From positions 99,634,001 through 99,698,000 of the forward strand of contig NC_043006.1 of the NCBI RefSeq assembly GCF_006345805.1: 64,000 nt of DNA, in the 5' to 3' direction. Below are positions 28,742-40,609 of the stretch, one piece after another. The stretch is from Octopus sinensis (Eukaryota). Numbering within the stretch: the stretch's first letter is position 1; each line of letters opens with the position of its first letter. Made by a program: the position numbers and the translations under genes. The notes under the pieces are model-generated. The model did not search any database. It saw only the letters and a program-made list of their open reading frames with translations, and had not been told where the DNA came from.

Positions 28742-29027
28742 AGTTCTTTATTTAAGAGATTAGGAATTATGTACATTATTGACATTATTTACAATTAAAG
28801 GGTATTTGTCCTCATCATTTTTGTTGTTAACACAACGTTTCGGCTGATATACTTTCCAGCCTTCATCAGGTGTCTTGAAGAAATTTAGAACCTGGGTTCT
28901 CATTCCTAAGTTATTTTTCCATGTTATTACTATGATTTTATTGCTATTAGTAAGGTCATTGTCTGGAATCGAACTCAGAATCTTGGGGTTAGTGACCCGC
29001 GCCCTTAACTACAACGCCATATGCCCG
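28742..29027 (-). mobile_element. tRNA-headed SINE-like element carrying a hammerhead ribozyme
   Basis: Minus strand GGGCATATGGCGTTGTAGTTAAG (A-box-like)...GAGTTCGATTCC (B box), then an AT-rich spacer, an HHR and an AT-rich tail. Confidence 0.8.
28829..28874 (-). ncRNA. Minimal type I hammerhead ribozyme motif
   Basis: GACAC-CUGAUGA-A-GGCUG(GAAAGUAUAU)CAGCC-GAAA-CG-UU-GUGUU: stems I and II pair and the core is intact. Confidence 0.85.
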
Positions 29028-29069
29028 TTTTCTTAACCACTCCGCCATATGCTCACGATATTTCTCGAA

Positions 29070-29115
29070 GACACCTGATGAAGGCTGGAGGGTATATCAG
29101 CCGAAACGTTGTGTT
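29070..29115 (+). ncRNA. Minimal type I hammerhead ribozyme motif
   Basis: GACAC-CUGAUGA-A-GGCUG(GAGGGUAUAU)CAGCC-GAAA-CG-UU-GUGUU; predicted cleavage after 29110. Confidence 0.85.
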
Positions 29116-29859
29116 AGCAACAACCAACTTGAGGATAAATATCTGTCAATCGTAAACAATGTAAATGAATTATCTACTTGACGTATGTTAGATTCTCATT
29201 ATAGAATATTCCCAACCAATCGCTTCCTAATTTGAAAATAATTAAACACTGGCTAAATATAAATTAAAGAGCAACTTTACAAATAGCAGGCCCATCTAAA
29301 GAACAAACAGGGAATTATCAAATATTGTAAAGGCAAGCATTTTAGACAATTCATTTTCTATTTCAATGGGTTTAATAACTGCAAGATGAATTTTTTTCTG
29401 TAAATTGACTACGATGTGTTAATAACATGAGACCAGGGCTACCCTGTATATCAATAACTGAGTTATGCCCACAACTTAATCTATGTCAATATAAATATGT
29501 GTGTAAAAAAGAAAGAAGGGGGGAGGGAAAGGTCTAACGTGGTTTTTAGTTTAATTTGAAAAATCTCACTAAAGAAGGTCAAACGAAACGAGATTTCTCA
29601 ACACGCATCCTACATATAATTAAGCCATTATAAGGTCAGTGAAAGTTTTCCTTTATTACTTTATAATTACATTTCCACAGTAAAAGTAATTACATTTTCC
29701 CCGCATATTTAGTTATTTTCCTTCTATGAATGTTACTGGCGGTTCAATTGAATTACTGAAACCATTATAACAATAAGGAGAAGAAAAAGAAGCCATAGTG
29801 CTTTATGATAAACTGTAAACTAAGTCTGGTAATAGGAAGACTCCGCGTATGTTTTTTAG

Positions 29860-29992
29860 AATGCTTAGTGTCTCAATTTACCTCAATGTTTAGGGGTCTA
29901 TGAATTAAGTACCAGTTGCGTACAGGGGTCGATCTAATCAACTATCCCCCTCCATCAACAGTTCAGGATTTATGTCAAGAGTAGAAAAGAAT
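29860..29992 (+). mobile_element. SINE family A, 3' fragment
   Basis: aattaagtaccagttgcgtacaggggtcgatctaatcaact...ttcaggatttatgtc. Confidence 0.7.
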
Positions 29993-30520
29993 TTCACCGG
30001 TGTCCCCACATTATATAGTGAATCACATGCTACTTCGTAATATCTGGCACACATCTCTAAATCTTAAAGACATGCTAGCTCAGGTATGAGAGAAATTGCA
30101 TAATATAAATCTCAAACACTTTTTTCCACACGCACCAGCTTAATTCGCTTCGTCCTTAGTCGAAAAACACGTGTTGTTATGTCCTGTTATTATTTTTATT
30201 GTATTTTTATTGTATTTATATTTGTGTAACATTGTCCGTTTTTTTCAGTTCTTGCTTTTGTATACATTCGCTGCTTTCTTCCTAGGAATCTAATGCTTTT
30301 AGCTTAGTTTTTCCTTGGGGCTGGCCAGATTGGAGCAATCTCAAGAATAATCAGCCGAAATTGCGAGGATAATCTGGTGCTTGACTGAAGAAAGAAAACT
30401 TCAAATGACCCGTCTTTGTTTTCTTTGTATCGTCTATCTGGATGTTTTGTTGTCCATCTTTGTATCACCTATCTGACCTGATATTTTGCGTTCTTTTCCC
30501 ATTATATATATGAAAATAAA

Positions 30521-31635
30521 CAACAAGGATATCCAGAGGTAAGGCAGTACGATCGTTTCTTGCAACTCAATTTAATTCAATAATGCAATCATTGCATCAG
30601 TTTAAATGAAGGGTAATGTTCAGTGCACAAAGACATAGAATTTAATTAAATTGAAACACATGGACACATTAGCATAATTATACCTAAAATCTCCAAAAGG
30701 TTAAGGAGATAGACAAAGGACGTGCTGTCTTCAGTCCGGCATAGAGGCTACTAAAGTAACAAGATTTACATTGTTACAGACTCTGCCTGTCAATGATTTC
30801 TTTTTATGTGGTCATTTTTAATTTATAGACTAGTTTATCAAAACCTTGTACAAAGATGCAGGGCTGAGGGAGCAGACAGTAATCATAGTTAGTATAGTCA
30901 TAAAAAAATCAAGATTTATTAGATACAATATCACGAGGTTTGGTAAAGGAAAACATAAAACAAGATATTAGCTGAAACTTAAGGGGGTCGCCCACTAGCA
31001 GATCATTGATAATGAAACAGGGGAAGTCTATATAGTACTATAGTTAAAATATTTTAAACAATATTGCTATATTGTATACAGTTAAGGATTAGGGTTATTC
31101 AGGGGATTGTTAAGAAGAATATTATAACAACAGGATAGAAATGACCGAATATTGTTGAGAATATACCACACTTTTACCACAATAGAAGGACGAAAAGAAA
31201 TTATCCAGAAATAGTTTAATATTTATGCATATTTTCACTTAAATACTAACTCATCAGATGGTATCTGTGAATACTGATTATTTCATATATACTGGTATTA
31301 ATAAAGGAGTATTGAGGTAAAAGAACATGCTAATTATATATTAATAAATTTATAATCTAAGCAGTTTTTTATAAGTAGTGAATATACCAGCATAGTTTTA
31401 TATAAGTTAAGTATGAATTTATAGAGGTACAAAACTTAGAATAATTGTATAAATAAATGAAAGCTAATTATAGAATAATAAAGAAATCAAATAATCATGT
31501 ATGGCAGAATTAAATTCTATATATTTGTGCAGCAGAAGATTGCTCTGCATTTAAATTGATGTAATGATTGCATTGTTAAATTAAATGGAGTTGCATGAAA
31601 CGATCGTACTGCATTAACTCTGGATATCCTTGTTG
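30521..31635. mobile_element. Non-coding element with about 127-bp terminal inverted repeats (Penelope-like inverted pLTRs) holding HHR motifs
   Basis: 30521-30647 is the reverse complement of 31508-31635, with divergence; both arms carry GAAACGATCGTACTGC. Confidence 0.75.
31528..31613 (+). ncRNA. Degenerate hammerhead motif with long stem II
   Basis: UGCAG-CAGAAGA-UUGC..long hairpin..GCAU-GAAA-C(GAUC)GUA-CUGCA; one core substitution (U4>A). Confidence 0.6.
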
Positions 31636-31767
31636 CATATTTATATTTTAATCACCTTACTTTGAAATTGCATGGATAATATCCTACTAAATTCTGGTGC
31701 CTCAAATTAAGTACCATATTCATCTGAATCAATATGTAAATATATGCATATATATATATAATATATA

Positions 31768-31842
<75 letters not shown>

Positions 31843-32174
31843 CATATATATAATTGAAAAAGTTCGTTTTAGGTATAAAGATACCATAAACAAAAATAAA
31901 ATTGCAGAAAAGATGTTAAAATCAAAACTGAATTCTCCATTTTTATACATGGTTATATTTATACTTATAACGAACTTTTTCAATTGTTATTTTCATATTC
32001 TTTCTACTTGCTCTGGCTGTTTTTTTTATGAATATGATGAATTTTTATTGGAAATTATTTTCTTTTTGATTCCTCAAAAAGTTTGAATTGTTATATTTGA
32101 ACCTACTCTCTATCTCTCTCTCTCTCTCACACACCCACACACACCCACACACAAATACTTATATTTATTGTATG

Positions 32175-32231
<57 letters not shown>

Positions 32232-32312
32232 GATAGATACATATATGCATATATACATATATACAGATATGCATACACTCAGACATACACACATACACAT
32301 ATATATGTATAT

Positions 32313-32369
<57 letters not shown>

Positions 32370-32595
32370 AGAATGATTCACCATGTTGAGCTGTCAATCC
32401 CTACGGATTTTTGTTTTCTATCCGTTTTGTTTCGTTCTCTATCCGTGTTTCATTTTTGCCCACTTAATCCTTTCTGTCTAAGCGCTTAGGATTGAAACAT
32501 CAAGACTTTTCCATTCTTCCTGAGCGTTAAACAATAAACCTGCTTGTTCTTCTTTAACCTGTCTTCGTATTTTCCTTTCTGTAAATTTTATATAT

Positions 32596-32626
<31 letters not shown>

Positions 32627-33151
32627 AATAATGAGGGAGATAAATTAATATTAATTTTAATATCAATTTAAAACCAGTAGTCTAGCATACAAGAAATCTG
32701 AGAAATCAGAGAAAATTCTAATATATGTGTATATTGGCAGGGCAAGACAGCTAGGTAGTCGGCCGCATGCTAGAAATAGATCATCAACGATCAAACTACA
32801 AAGAGAGTTCTCTAGAGGAAAAATTCAGCGAACACCAGAATCAAATTTGGCGGCCAGGACAGATGAAAATTTATATAAAAAACAGAATTAATTGCATACC
32901 TCGGTTTCGGCCTTTAACAAAAGAATTACTTACATAATTCAAATGTCCATGACTTCATCAGTACATCCGTTCAGTGTAAATGCAATCTAAAAAACTAACC
33001 CCAGGTTTCTGTGCCAAAACAGACACGTGTTTAGTTTTACCGATTACATTAGGGATAAAATTTAAAATGTCTTAGTTCCGGCGCGCTAAGAATTTCCTGA
33101 AGATATATATACATATAGATAGATATGGATATAGATATAGATATATATGTA

Positions 33152-34329
33152 CGCGGTCTGATCAATAAGTAGATTGGTGCTATAAATGCAAACCTACATT
33201 ACGTACACTTTTGGCATTTAATCTCCTTCAAAATGGTCCCCTTTTGAAGCCACACTTAACCCACCGTTCTTTCCATTGACGGAGGTATTCCTGGAATTCG
33301 TTTTCTGTGATAATCAGCAGCTACCCTGCCGCATTCACTTTGATTTCCTCGACGACCCGAAACCATCTTCCGTTCAAGCGGGATTTGAATTTTGGAAATA
33401 TGAAAAATTCGCAACGGGAGGGATCTTGGGAATGAGGTGGCTGTCGGGCCTAATATTGAGCTTAGCAAATAATTGCTGCGTAAACTGCTCTGGATGGGCA
33501 GGTGCGCTATCATGGGGCATGCGTCCACTCACTGGACGCATGCAACTGTGGCCTTTTCCAACGAGTAGCATACAATAAGCCTTTTCCAGCCAACAGCATC
33601 CACAAAATATCACGGCAGTACTCCTTGTTTACTGTCTGGCCAGGTGGGCCATACTAATGAACAAAAATGCCATTGTCGTCGAAGAAAACTGTCAACAGTG
33701 ACTTCACATTACTTCGTATCATTTGTTCTTTCTTTGGTCTTGGAAAGGTTGGGGTCTTCCACTGCGAAGACTGAACGTTTGTTTCTGGGTCATCCGTTAT
33801 GTCCGTTTTTAAAAAGTTTTCATCGTTCTCCACACAATCAAGGAGAAGATGTGTAACTGAATCCCGAGTCTCATGTTGGTCACCTGAAAGCAATTTTGCT
33901 ACAAACTTGGCAGACACGCGTTCCATACCGGCTAAACACATATCTGCGATATTTTGATCAGTTTTGACGGTTGCGAGTCTTCCAGAACATTCGTCACTAT
34001 CGATGTTTTTAGCCATCTTGGAAACGTCTGAATCAATTGTACTATATATCATTCACTCCTTTCCATACACTTTGTGTAACATTGCGGTGGCCTCTGAGCA
34101 GGTATCGCTAAATTTTTGGCTAAATGTGACGTAGATTCTTCGCTCAACGTTCGCTGTAATGGTCAACGCGACGATCACACGCTACACACGTTCCTTCTGA
34201 GCGGTGCTGCAAACAGCGAAGTGAGATGAAACATTAAAACTCGATGCACAACTGTATTCAAGGTTTTACTCTAAGCGCTTTTACCTTGCTAGAATTCCAA
34301 CAGTCCAGATTCTTATTGATCAGACCACG
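33152..34329 (-). mobile_element. Near full-length mariner with both TIRs, transposase pseudogene
   Basis: TIRs cgcggtctgatcaataag (33152, preceded by TA) and cttattgatcagaccacg (ends 34329); RVSAKFVAKLL, PETNVQSSQWK, LLTVFFD, PHDSAPAH. Confidence 0.92.
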
Positions 34330-34367
34330 TGAATATACATGTAAGCGTGTGCGCGTGTGTATGTATG

Positions 34368-34405
<38 letters not shown>

Positions 34406-34410
<5 letters not shown>

Positions 34411-34506
34411 TTTATTCAAAAGCAGCAGAAATTCAACAAAACCTGTTACTCGGAAACTCCGAGTAACACGTTTTGTTGAATTTCTGCTGCTTTTAAATAA
34501 AGTATA
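34406..34506. repeat. Foldback palindrome, 49-bp arms, 3-nt loop
   Basis: 2 mismatches between arms; lies in a short element between (TA)n tracts. Confidence 0.95.
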
Positions 34507-34570
34507 TTACCCTACTCTTGGTATTTGAGTACTCTTTTTTTCCACCTTGTTTCACTTTTATGTGTTTACT

Positions 34571-34644
<74 letters not shown>

Positions 34645-34658
34645 GTGTGTGTGTGTGT

Positions 34659-34970
34659 GGAGACGCAATGGCCCAGTGGTTAGGGCAGCGGACTCGCTGT
34701 TGTAGGGTCGCGGTTTCGATTCCCAGACCAGGCGTTGTGAGTGTTTTTTGAGCGAAAACACCTAAAGCTCCACAAGACTCCGGCAGGGGGTGGTGGCTAA
34801 TCCTACTGTATTCCTTCGCTACAACTTTCTCTCATTCTTTTTTCTGTTGGCCTGCTCGCTTAGCCAGCGGGGTGGTGTCATTTCAAGGCTAAAACAATAC
34901 GAAGCGCATTGTGACCAGCGATGTGTAGCAACATCTGATAGCCTGGTCGATCACGGTGATCACGGTGATA
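34659..34970 (+). mobile_element. tRNA-derived SINE family C (tail type 2)
   Basis: A box tggcccagtgg, B-box-like ggtttcgattccc; ends in gatcacggt x2. Confidence 0.9.
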
Positions 34971-35178
34971 TATATATATATATATACAAGCATACATATA
35001 TACTAATATATTTACTTATTTTCTTTCTTTTTTACGATCCCTTTTGATCGAGACCTACCCCCTTTTTTATTTTTTTTCTCCCCAAAAAGAATAGCTCTGC
35101 TTTGTAAGTTTTCCCGTCGGTGTTCAGCCCTGTGTGGGTATTAAGGAAACACACACACAGACACACACACACACACAT

Positions 35179-35235
<57 letters not shown>

Positions 35236-35745
35236 CGTATATAAATTTAACACTTCATCTGTATATATATATATAGGGTAGGATGTGTGTATACGTGAAT
35301 GTAATTTATGCACGTCCACAAATTAGCACGCATGTCGCTCCAATTTTAGGAGAACATTCGTCACTATCCTAGTTGTATTTTTGTCAAATTATTCTCCCCG
35401 AAGCACTAACGAATAGCGGTAAAAATAAATTTTCGACCATAACTGAACAATTTTTACGTCGGGAAATCCAGCATTGTTTACAAACATGAGTAGTTAAGTC
35501 CCCTTCTAGCGACGGTGTAAAGTGAGGGAGGGGGATGGAGAGAGATACAGATAACACATTTATAAAAATTCTAGTGTGTGATTGACAGGCAAAAACACAC
35601 AGACAGGTGTTGTTATGTATGTATGTATGTATATATGCATGTGTGAATGGCTTCAGTCACACATGAACATGTATGCGTACAAAATACATGTATGCAATGC
35701 ATGTGTGTCTATCTATCTATCTATCTATCTATCTGTCTATCTATC

Positions 35746-35809
<64 letters not shown>

Positions 35810-35829
35810 TATATATATACATATATATA

Positions 35830-37193
35830 TACACAAAATATAAACGATGTTCTCCGTTTCTTCACAACTAAATTCCAAATTAGCTGAATCCCGTTGCTCT
35901 ACTCATAGCGATATATAGCCGGTCGTGCGTGAACATGGGAGAGAGCAGAGGTTACCAGAGCAAAAATCCTACGTGTTGACTGTAGACACGCTCCTTCGGA
36001 AACGAGCAGCTATTATTTTGTAAACAATGTTTCGAAACTGTTCATGTTTTCGAAAGGAGAGATCTGACTCTCACATCTCTGTGGGAGAAGGTAGGCCCCC
36101 TCTATTACACTTACAAAACTTACGTTCGGGTGCCAAATTTGCATTTTGTAAACAGTGTTTCGAAACTGTCCATGTTTTCGGAAGGAGAGATCTGACTCTC
36201 ACATCTTTGCGAGAGAAGGTAGGCTTCTCTATTCCTCTTACAAAACTTACGTCCGAGTGCCAAATTTGCTTCAATTGATGGTATTACTCGGGTAGGAGGT
36301 GGAGGTGGGACATGGGCAAGGGAAAAGGCGTGCAAATTTGCCACCCGGACGTAAGTTTTGTAAGTGGAATAGAGTGGGTTACCTTCTCCCACAGAGCTGT
36401 GAGAGTCAGATTTCTCCTTTCGAAAACATGAACAGTTTCGAAACATGTATGCAATAGGTGTATGTTTGCGTGTATGCCTGTGTGTGTGTGCGTTGCCCAT
36501 ATATATATCTGAATATAACCGATTCTCACAGAGGATCGGGAGCCCTTTTGGACGTTCTATTTTCTTTGCTGGAAGTGTTCCCAACCCATGGGCAAAGTGG
36601 TGTTACATGACGGGGATGGTGTTTTCAAAAGTGTTGGCATATGCAACCTGATCCTCTCTGCCGATCAAACTCCCAAAACATGCGCTCCCGTCGCGACACT
36701 GATTCTGCAGAACTGGGTTGGGTATAAATATAGATGTTTTTGAATCAGCAATGCTCAGTTAACTCCTATGTGGGGTGAAAATTCAATAAACTGATTCCAT
36801 GGGTTTTCCATTTAATCAGTATTAAAAAATCAATAAACCGATTCCTTATAAGACTTCCCACTAAAATTGACTACACCCCATTTTCAACCATAACGTCTAC
36901 CAATTTTGATGTATTTTTCAAACTTGATGCCAGCATTACTTAGGACTCATGGGATCTTTGAATGCTTTAAGTTCTCCAAAAACAAAAAAAAATGTGTGGA
37001 AAAAATCGATAAACCGACTCCTTATGGGATTTCCCAATCAAATTGTCTGCAGAATTTCAGCCAAAAGTTTACCAATTTCAACGGATTTCACCCAATTTTG
37101 ACGTCGATGTTACTTAGTTTGCTTTGAAATAAAGAACTTGATTAGCTCAATAATCCTAACTTAATCCCGAGCAACTCCGGGCTGTAATGCTAG
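35830..37193 (+). mobile_element. Non-autonomous Helitron-like element (5' boundary uncertain)
   Basis: 3' hairpin cccgagcaactccggg (37166-37181), then CTAG at 37190-37193 followed by T; internal repeats. Confidence 0.65.
36015..36446. repeat. 128-bp unit: two direct copies and one inverted copy
   Basis: 36015-36142 and 36143-36269 direct; 36331-36446 inverted. Confidence 0.95.
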
Positions 37194-37264
37194 TTCAATT
37201 CTATCGTTGCTTTAAAATCTGCTGGGAAATACGTTTGTATTTTATTTGTTTCAAAATCTACGAC

Positions 37265-37475
37265 GATTTGGCGAATTGTTAGTAAGTCGAATAAAATATT
37301 CAACAGCATTACTCCCGGTTTATTACATTTTGAGTAAAAGCCGCATCTGGGGCAACTTTTCCTTTCGCCTTTGTCGCATCTAGCTTATAAACAACCGCTC
37401 GAGGACTGGGGCTGATGTAATCGGCTTAGCCTTTCCCTTCAAATTTACTAGCTTTGTTCGATAATTAGAAGTAAT
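37265..37475 (+). mobile_element. Decayed SINE family A
   Basis: tggcgaattgttag...caacttttcctttcgcc...gactggggctgatgtaatcggctt. Confidence 0.55.
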
Positions 37476-37659
37476 AATTTTATTTTATCTTAAATTACTC
37501 TCTCTAGACAGTGCCTATAACGTAAATAATGTTAATTGTGTGTTCTCTTTCCATACGAAAAATACGAATATATTTTTCTTTATATTTCTTACTGATGTTT
37601 TTACTTTTTGCTTGGTACTTCATCGTAATATCCTAATTAACGTAATCTTCGACCACATC

Positions 37660-38575
37660 CACTTCATTGTCATCGTTGTTATCGACAGCAGCATTACGCT
37701 CCATATTATAAGTCCAAACAAAAATCATCGTCATGCTTGTCATCATCCACGTTGTCGTCATCATCATCATCATCATCATCATCACCATGATCATAGTCAT
37801 AATAAAGAGAAACTGTATTAGTCGTAACTTAAGGATAGTCATCGTCAAACACAGCTGTATCATCAGTTTCTTATTTATATCAACTTCATTTGGAGTAGAA
37901 GGATAATTTCCTCAATACTCAGCATCATATAGTATCATCATTCTTATCAGCAACATTACAATCCTGATCATCATCATCATCAACGTCATATGTGGCATCA
38001 TTGCCGTCCTTATGAATATCATCATCAACACCATCAACACCATCATCATCAACATCATCACGATCATCACGATCATCACCATCATCACGATCATCACCAT
38101 CATCACCATCATTATCATCAACATCATCACCAGCGTCATCACGTTCATCATCACAATCGTCATCGCCACCACCACCATCATCATCATCATCATCAACATT
38201 CATCACCAGCGTCATCACCCTCATCATCACAATCGTCATCCCCACCACCACCGTCATCATCATCAACATCATCATCAGCGTCATCACCCTCATCATCACA
38301 ATCGTTATCCCCATCACCACCATCATCGTCGACATCATCATCATCAGCACCACCACCACCACCTCCATCATTATCGTTCATTAAATTACTCCAAAACGCC
38401 GTCGTCATTACCAAAAGGGTTAGCAACCTTATCGTAGTCGTTGTCATCACCATCGTCATCAGTAGCAGCAGCAGTATCATCATCATCAGGAGCAGCAGCA
38501 TCGTCGTCATCATCATCATCATCGTCAGCAGCAGCAGCATCGTCGCCTTCGTCGTCGTCGTCATCAACATGTTTG
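37660..38575. repeat. (CAT)n-derived low-complexity array with about 70-bp higher-order repeats
   Basis: cagcgtcatcac..tcatcatcacaatcgt recurs three times between 38120 and 38335. Confidence 0.9.
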
Positions 38576-38770
38576 GCCTAGTTTCTTTCAGTTTTGCTTT
38601 GATCATTTAGTTATCAATTTTTTTTCTATTTGGCATTCTATTATTTTTCTTTCTCTCTACGTATAATATAAAATTCCATATCTTTCCCTTGGGGAATACG
38701 TTAAGGGAAAGAGAAATAATACATACATGCATAAATCTACATATACATATGTATATACATATGTATATAT

Positions 38771-38814
<44 letters not shown>

Positions 38815-40609
38815 TATATAAATATATATATATTTATATGCATATGTATATATATTTATATATAAATATATATATATATATATTATATATATATATATAT
38901 TATATATATATATATTATATATATATATATAATATATATGTATATATATTTATATATAAATATATATAAATATATATGTATATATATTTATATATAAATA
39001 TATATAAATAATATATATATAGAGAGAGAGAATGATATATTATATATATATATATATAAATGCATACATATAGATACACACACACACATATATATATGTG
39101 TATACATGTGTATAACTAGATAGACATATATACATACATTCAAACATGCATACATATATATATTTGTGTAATTAGTTGCGTGTTTGAAATAAAGTACATC
39201 ATCTAACTCATTATATGGCACTGTTTCATTTCGACTTGAACGCCAAGGGAATATACACCTATTCACATACCAGTCTCGTGTCTTAGTTTTCATGAAGTGC
39301 ACGACAAAATTGTTAGATGTATTCTTCTACACTGACACATATTGTGTACAACGTATGAAAGAAAGCTGCTTGGTTTTTTCCCCATACCTTTACTGCGATT
39401 TTTTCCCTATCATTTCTCTATTTTACTTTGTTCTTTCTGTTATTTTTTCCTTCATTTATTATTATTTTTCTTGTACTTTTGATTATAACATTAAAAGTTT
39501 CATTCATTTTACTGTATTTTCTTGTCTATTTTCTCCGACAATTTATCATTCTTGAATTCTCTCCATCGTCATCTCCGTTTATTTCCTGATTTTATTTCTT
39601 CCAATAATACTTTTTTCGTTTTTCTTCTTTTTCGGAATATTGTATATACATCACTCATTTCTGCCCTTCTGTCATTTGCATCAATTTCTTTGTTCTGTTT
39701 AGTCCACTTAGATATTTTTACCTTCTTTTTTATTTTTATTTTTGATGATTCTGAGATTCATTCTCAGACTCCTTCTTCTTCTCTCATCTCAGTTCTCTCG
39801 TTTATACATACTTTTATATTTTTAGCTCAAAATTTTAATCCTTCCGATTTCTTTCTCTATTGTTTCTTCTCTTCCTATTTGTCCGCATTTCCTTATTATT
39901 AAAAGTACCATTCTTTTCACCTCATTACTTCAGCACCTCTTTCCCTTTTTATTTATATTTTTTGTTATTATTCTTAATTTTCAACATTTTTTATTGACTT
40001 TATATCCTTACAATTTCCTGAAATTTTTAACAGACATTTGTCATCTAATTCTGACAATATTTGTTTCATGCATCAAATTACTTATTCAGCTTACATTTAG
40101 TTAGTCCCTTGGAGAAAACTATACATTTTCTCGAAACGAGAAGAGAATTTCAAATTACAGTTTGATCTTTGCCTTCCGCATGTACATTTGCAATCAATAG
40201 ATTTTTTTTATGTTTGCATCCAGGGAAACTCTAAGAAATAGCTGCCAATTTCCCCTCAAATCATATCAGAAGATTGTCGTAATGAAAATTATAATGGGTA
40301 ATGCAGCTTTCAATAGACAACTTCTAAAACAATCGTCAGAGAAAAGTCATCATCTTTCCTCATTCATGTTTGTTGAGCACTTAAGAGCCAAAAATGAAAA
40401 GAAAATAATAACACGATGAAATAAAGAATCAATTTCGCTATCATTTCAACTTTTACATATAGCTACGAAATATCACATGACCATATACCACATGGCTGTC
40501 ATATGACATGGATACATATAACTATATAAATAAATGCAACTGTGTGTCCGTGTGTGATCGAATGCATGTATATATGTGCATTTATATGTTGTGCATACAT
40601 GTATAAACG

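Noticed and set aside
28953-29027. Possible genuine tRNA gene
   Set aside because: Acceptor and D stems are imperfect, there is no clean cloverleaf, and it is fused to repeat sequence; treated as a SINE head.
30380-30416. CTGAAGA-AAG-AAAA-CTT-CAAA..GTC inside a T-rich repeat-like segment
   Set aside because: G12 is missing and stems I and III do not pair; unsupported without a family consensus.
37990-38610. 206-aa His/Ser-rich ORF
   Set aside because: (CAT)n low complexity, open in multiple frames, with no signal peptide or splice evidence.
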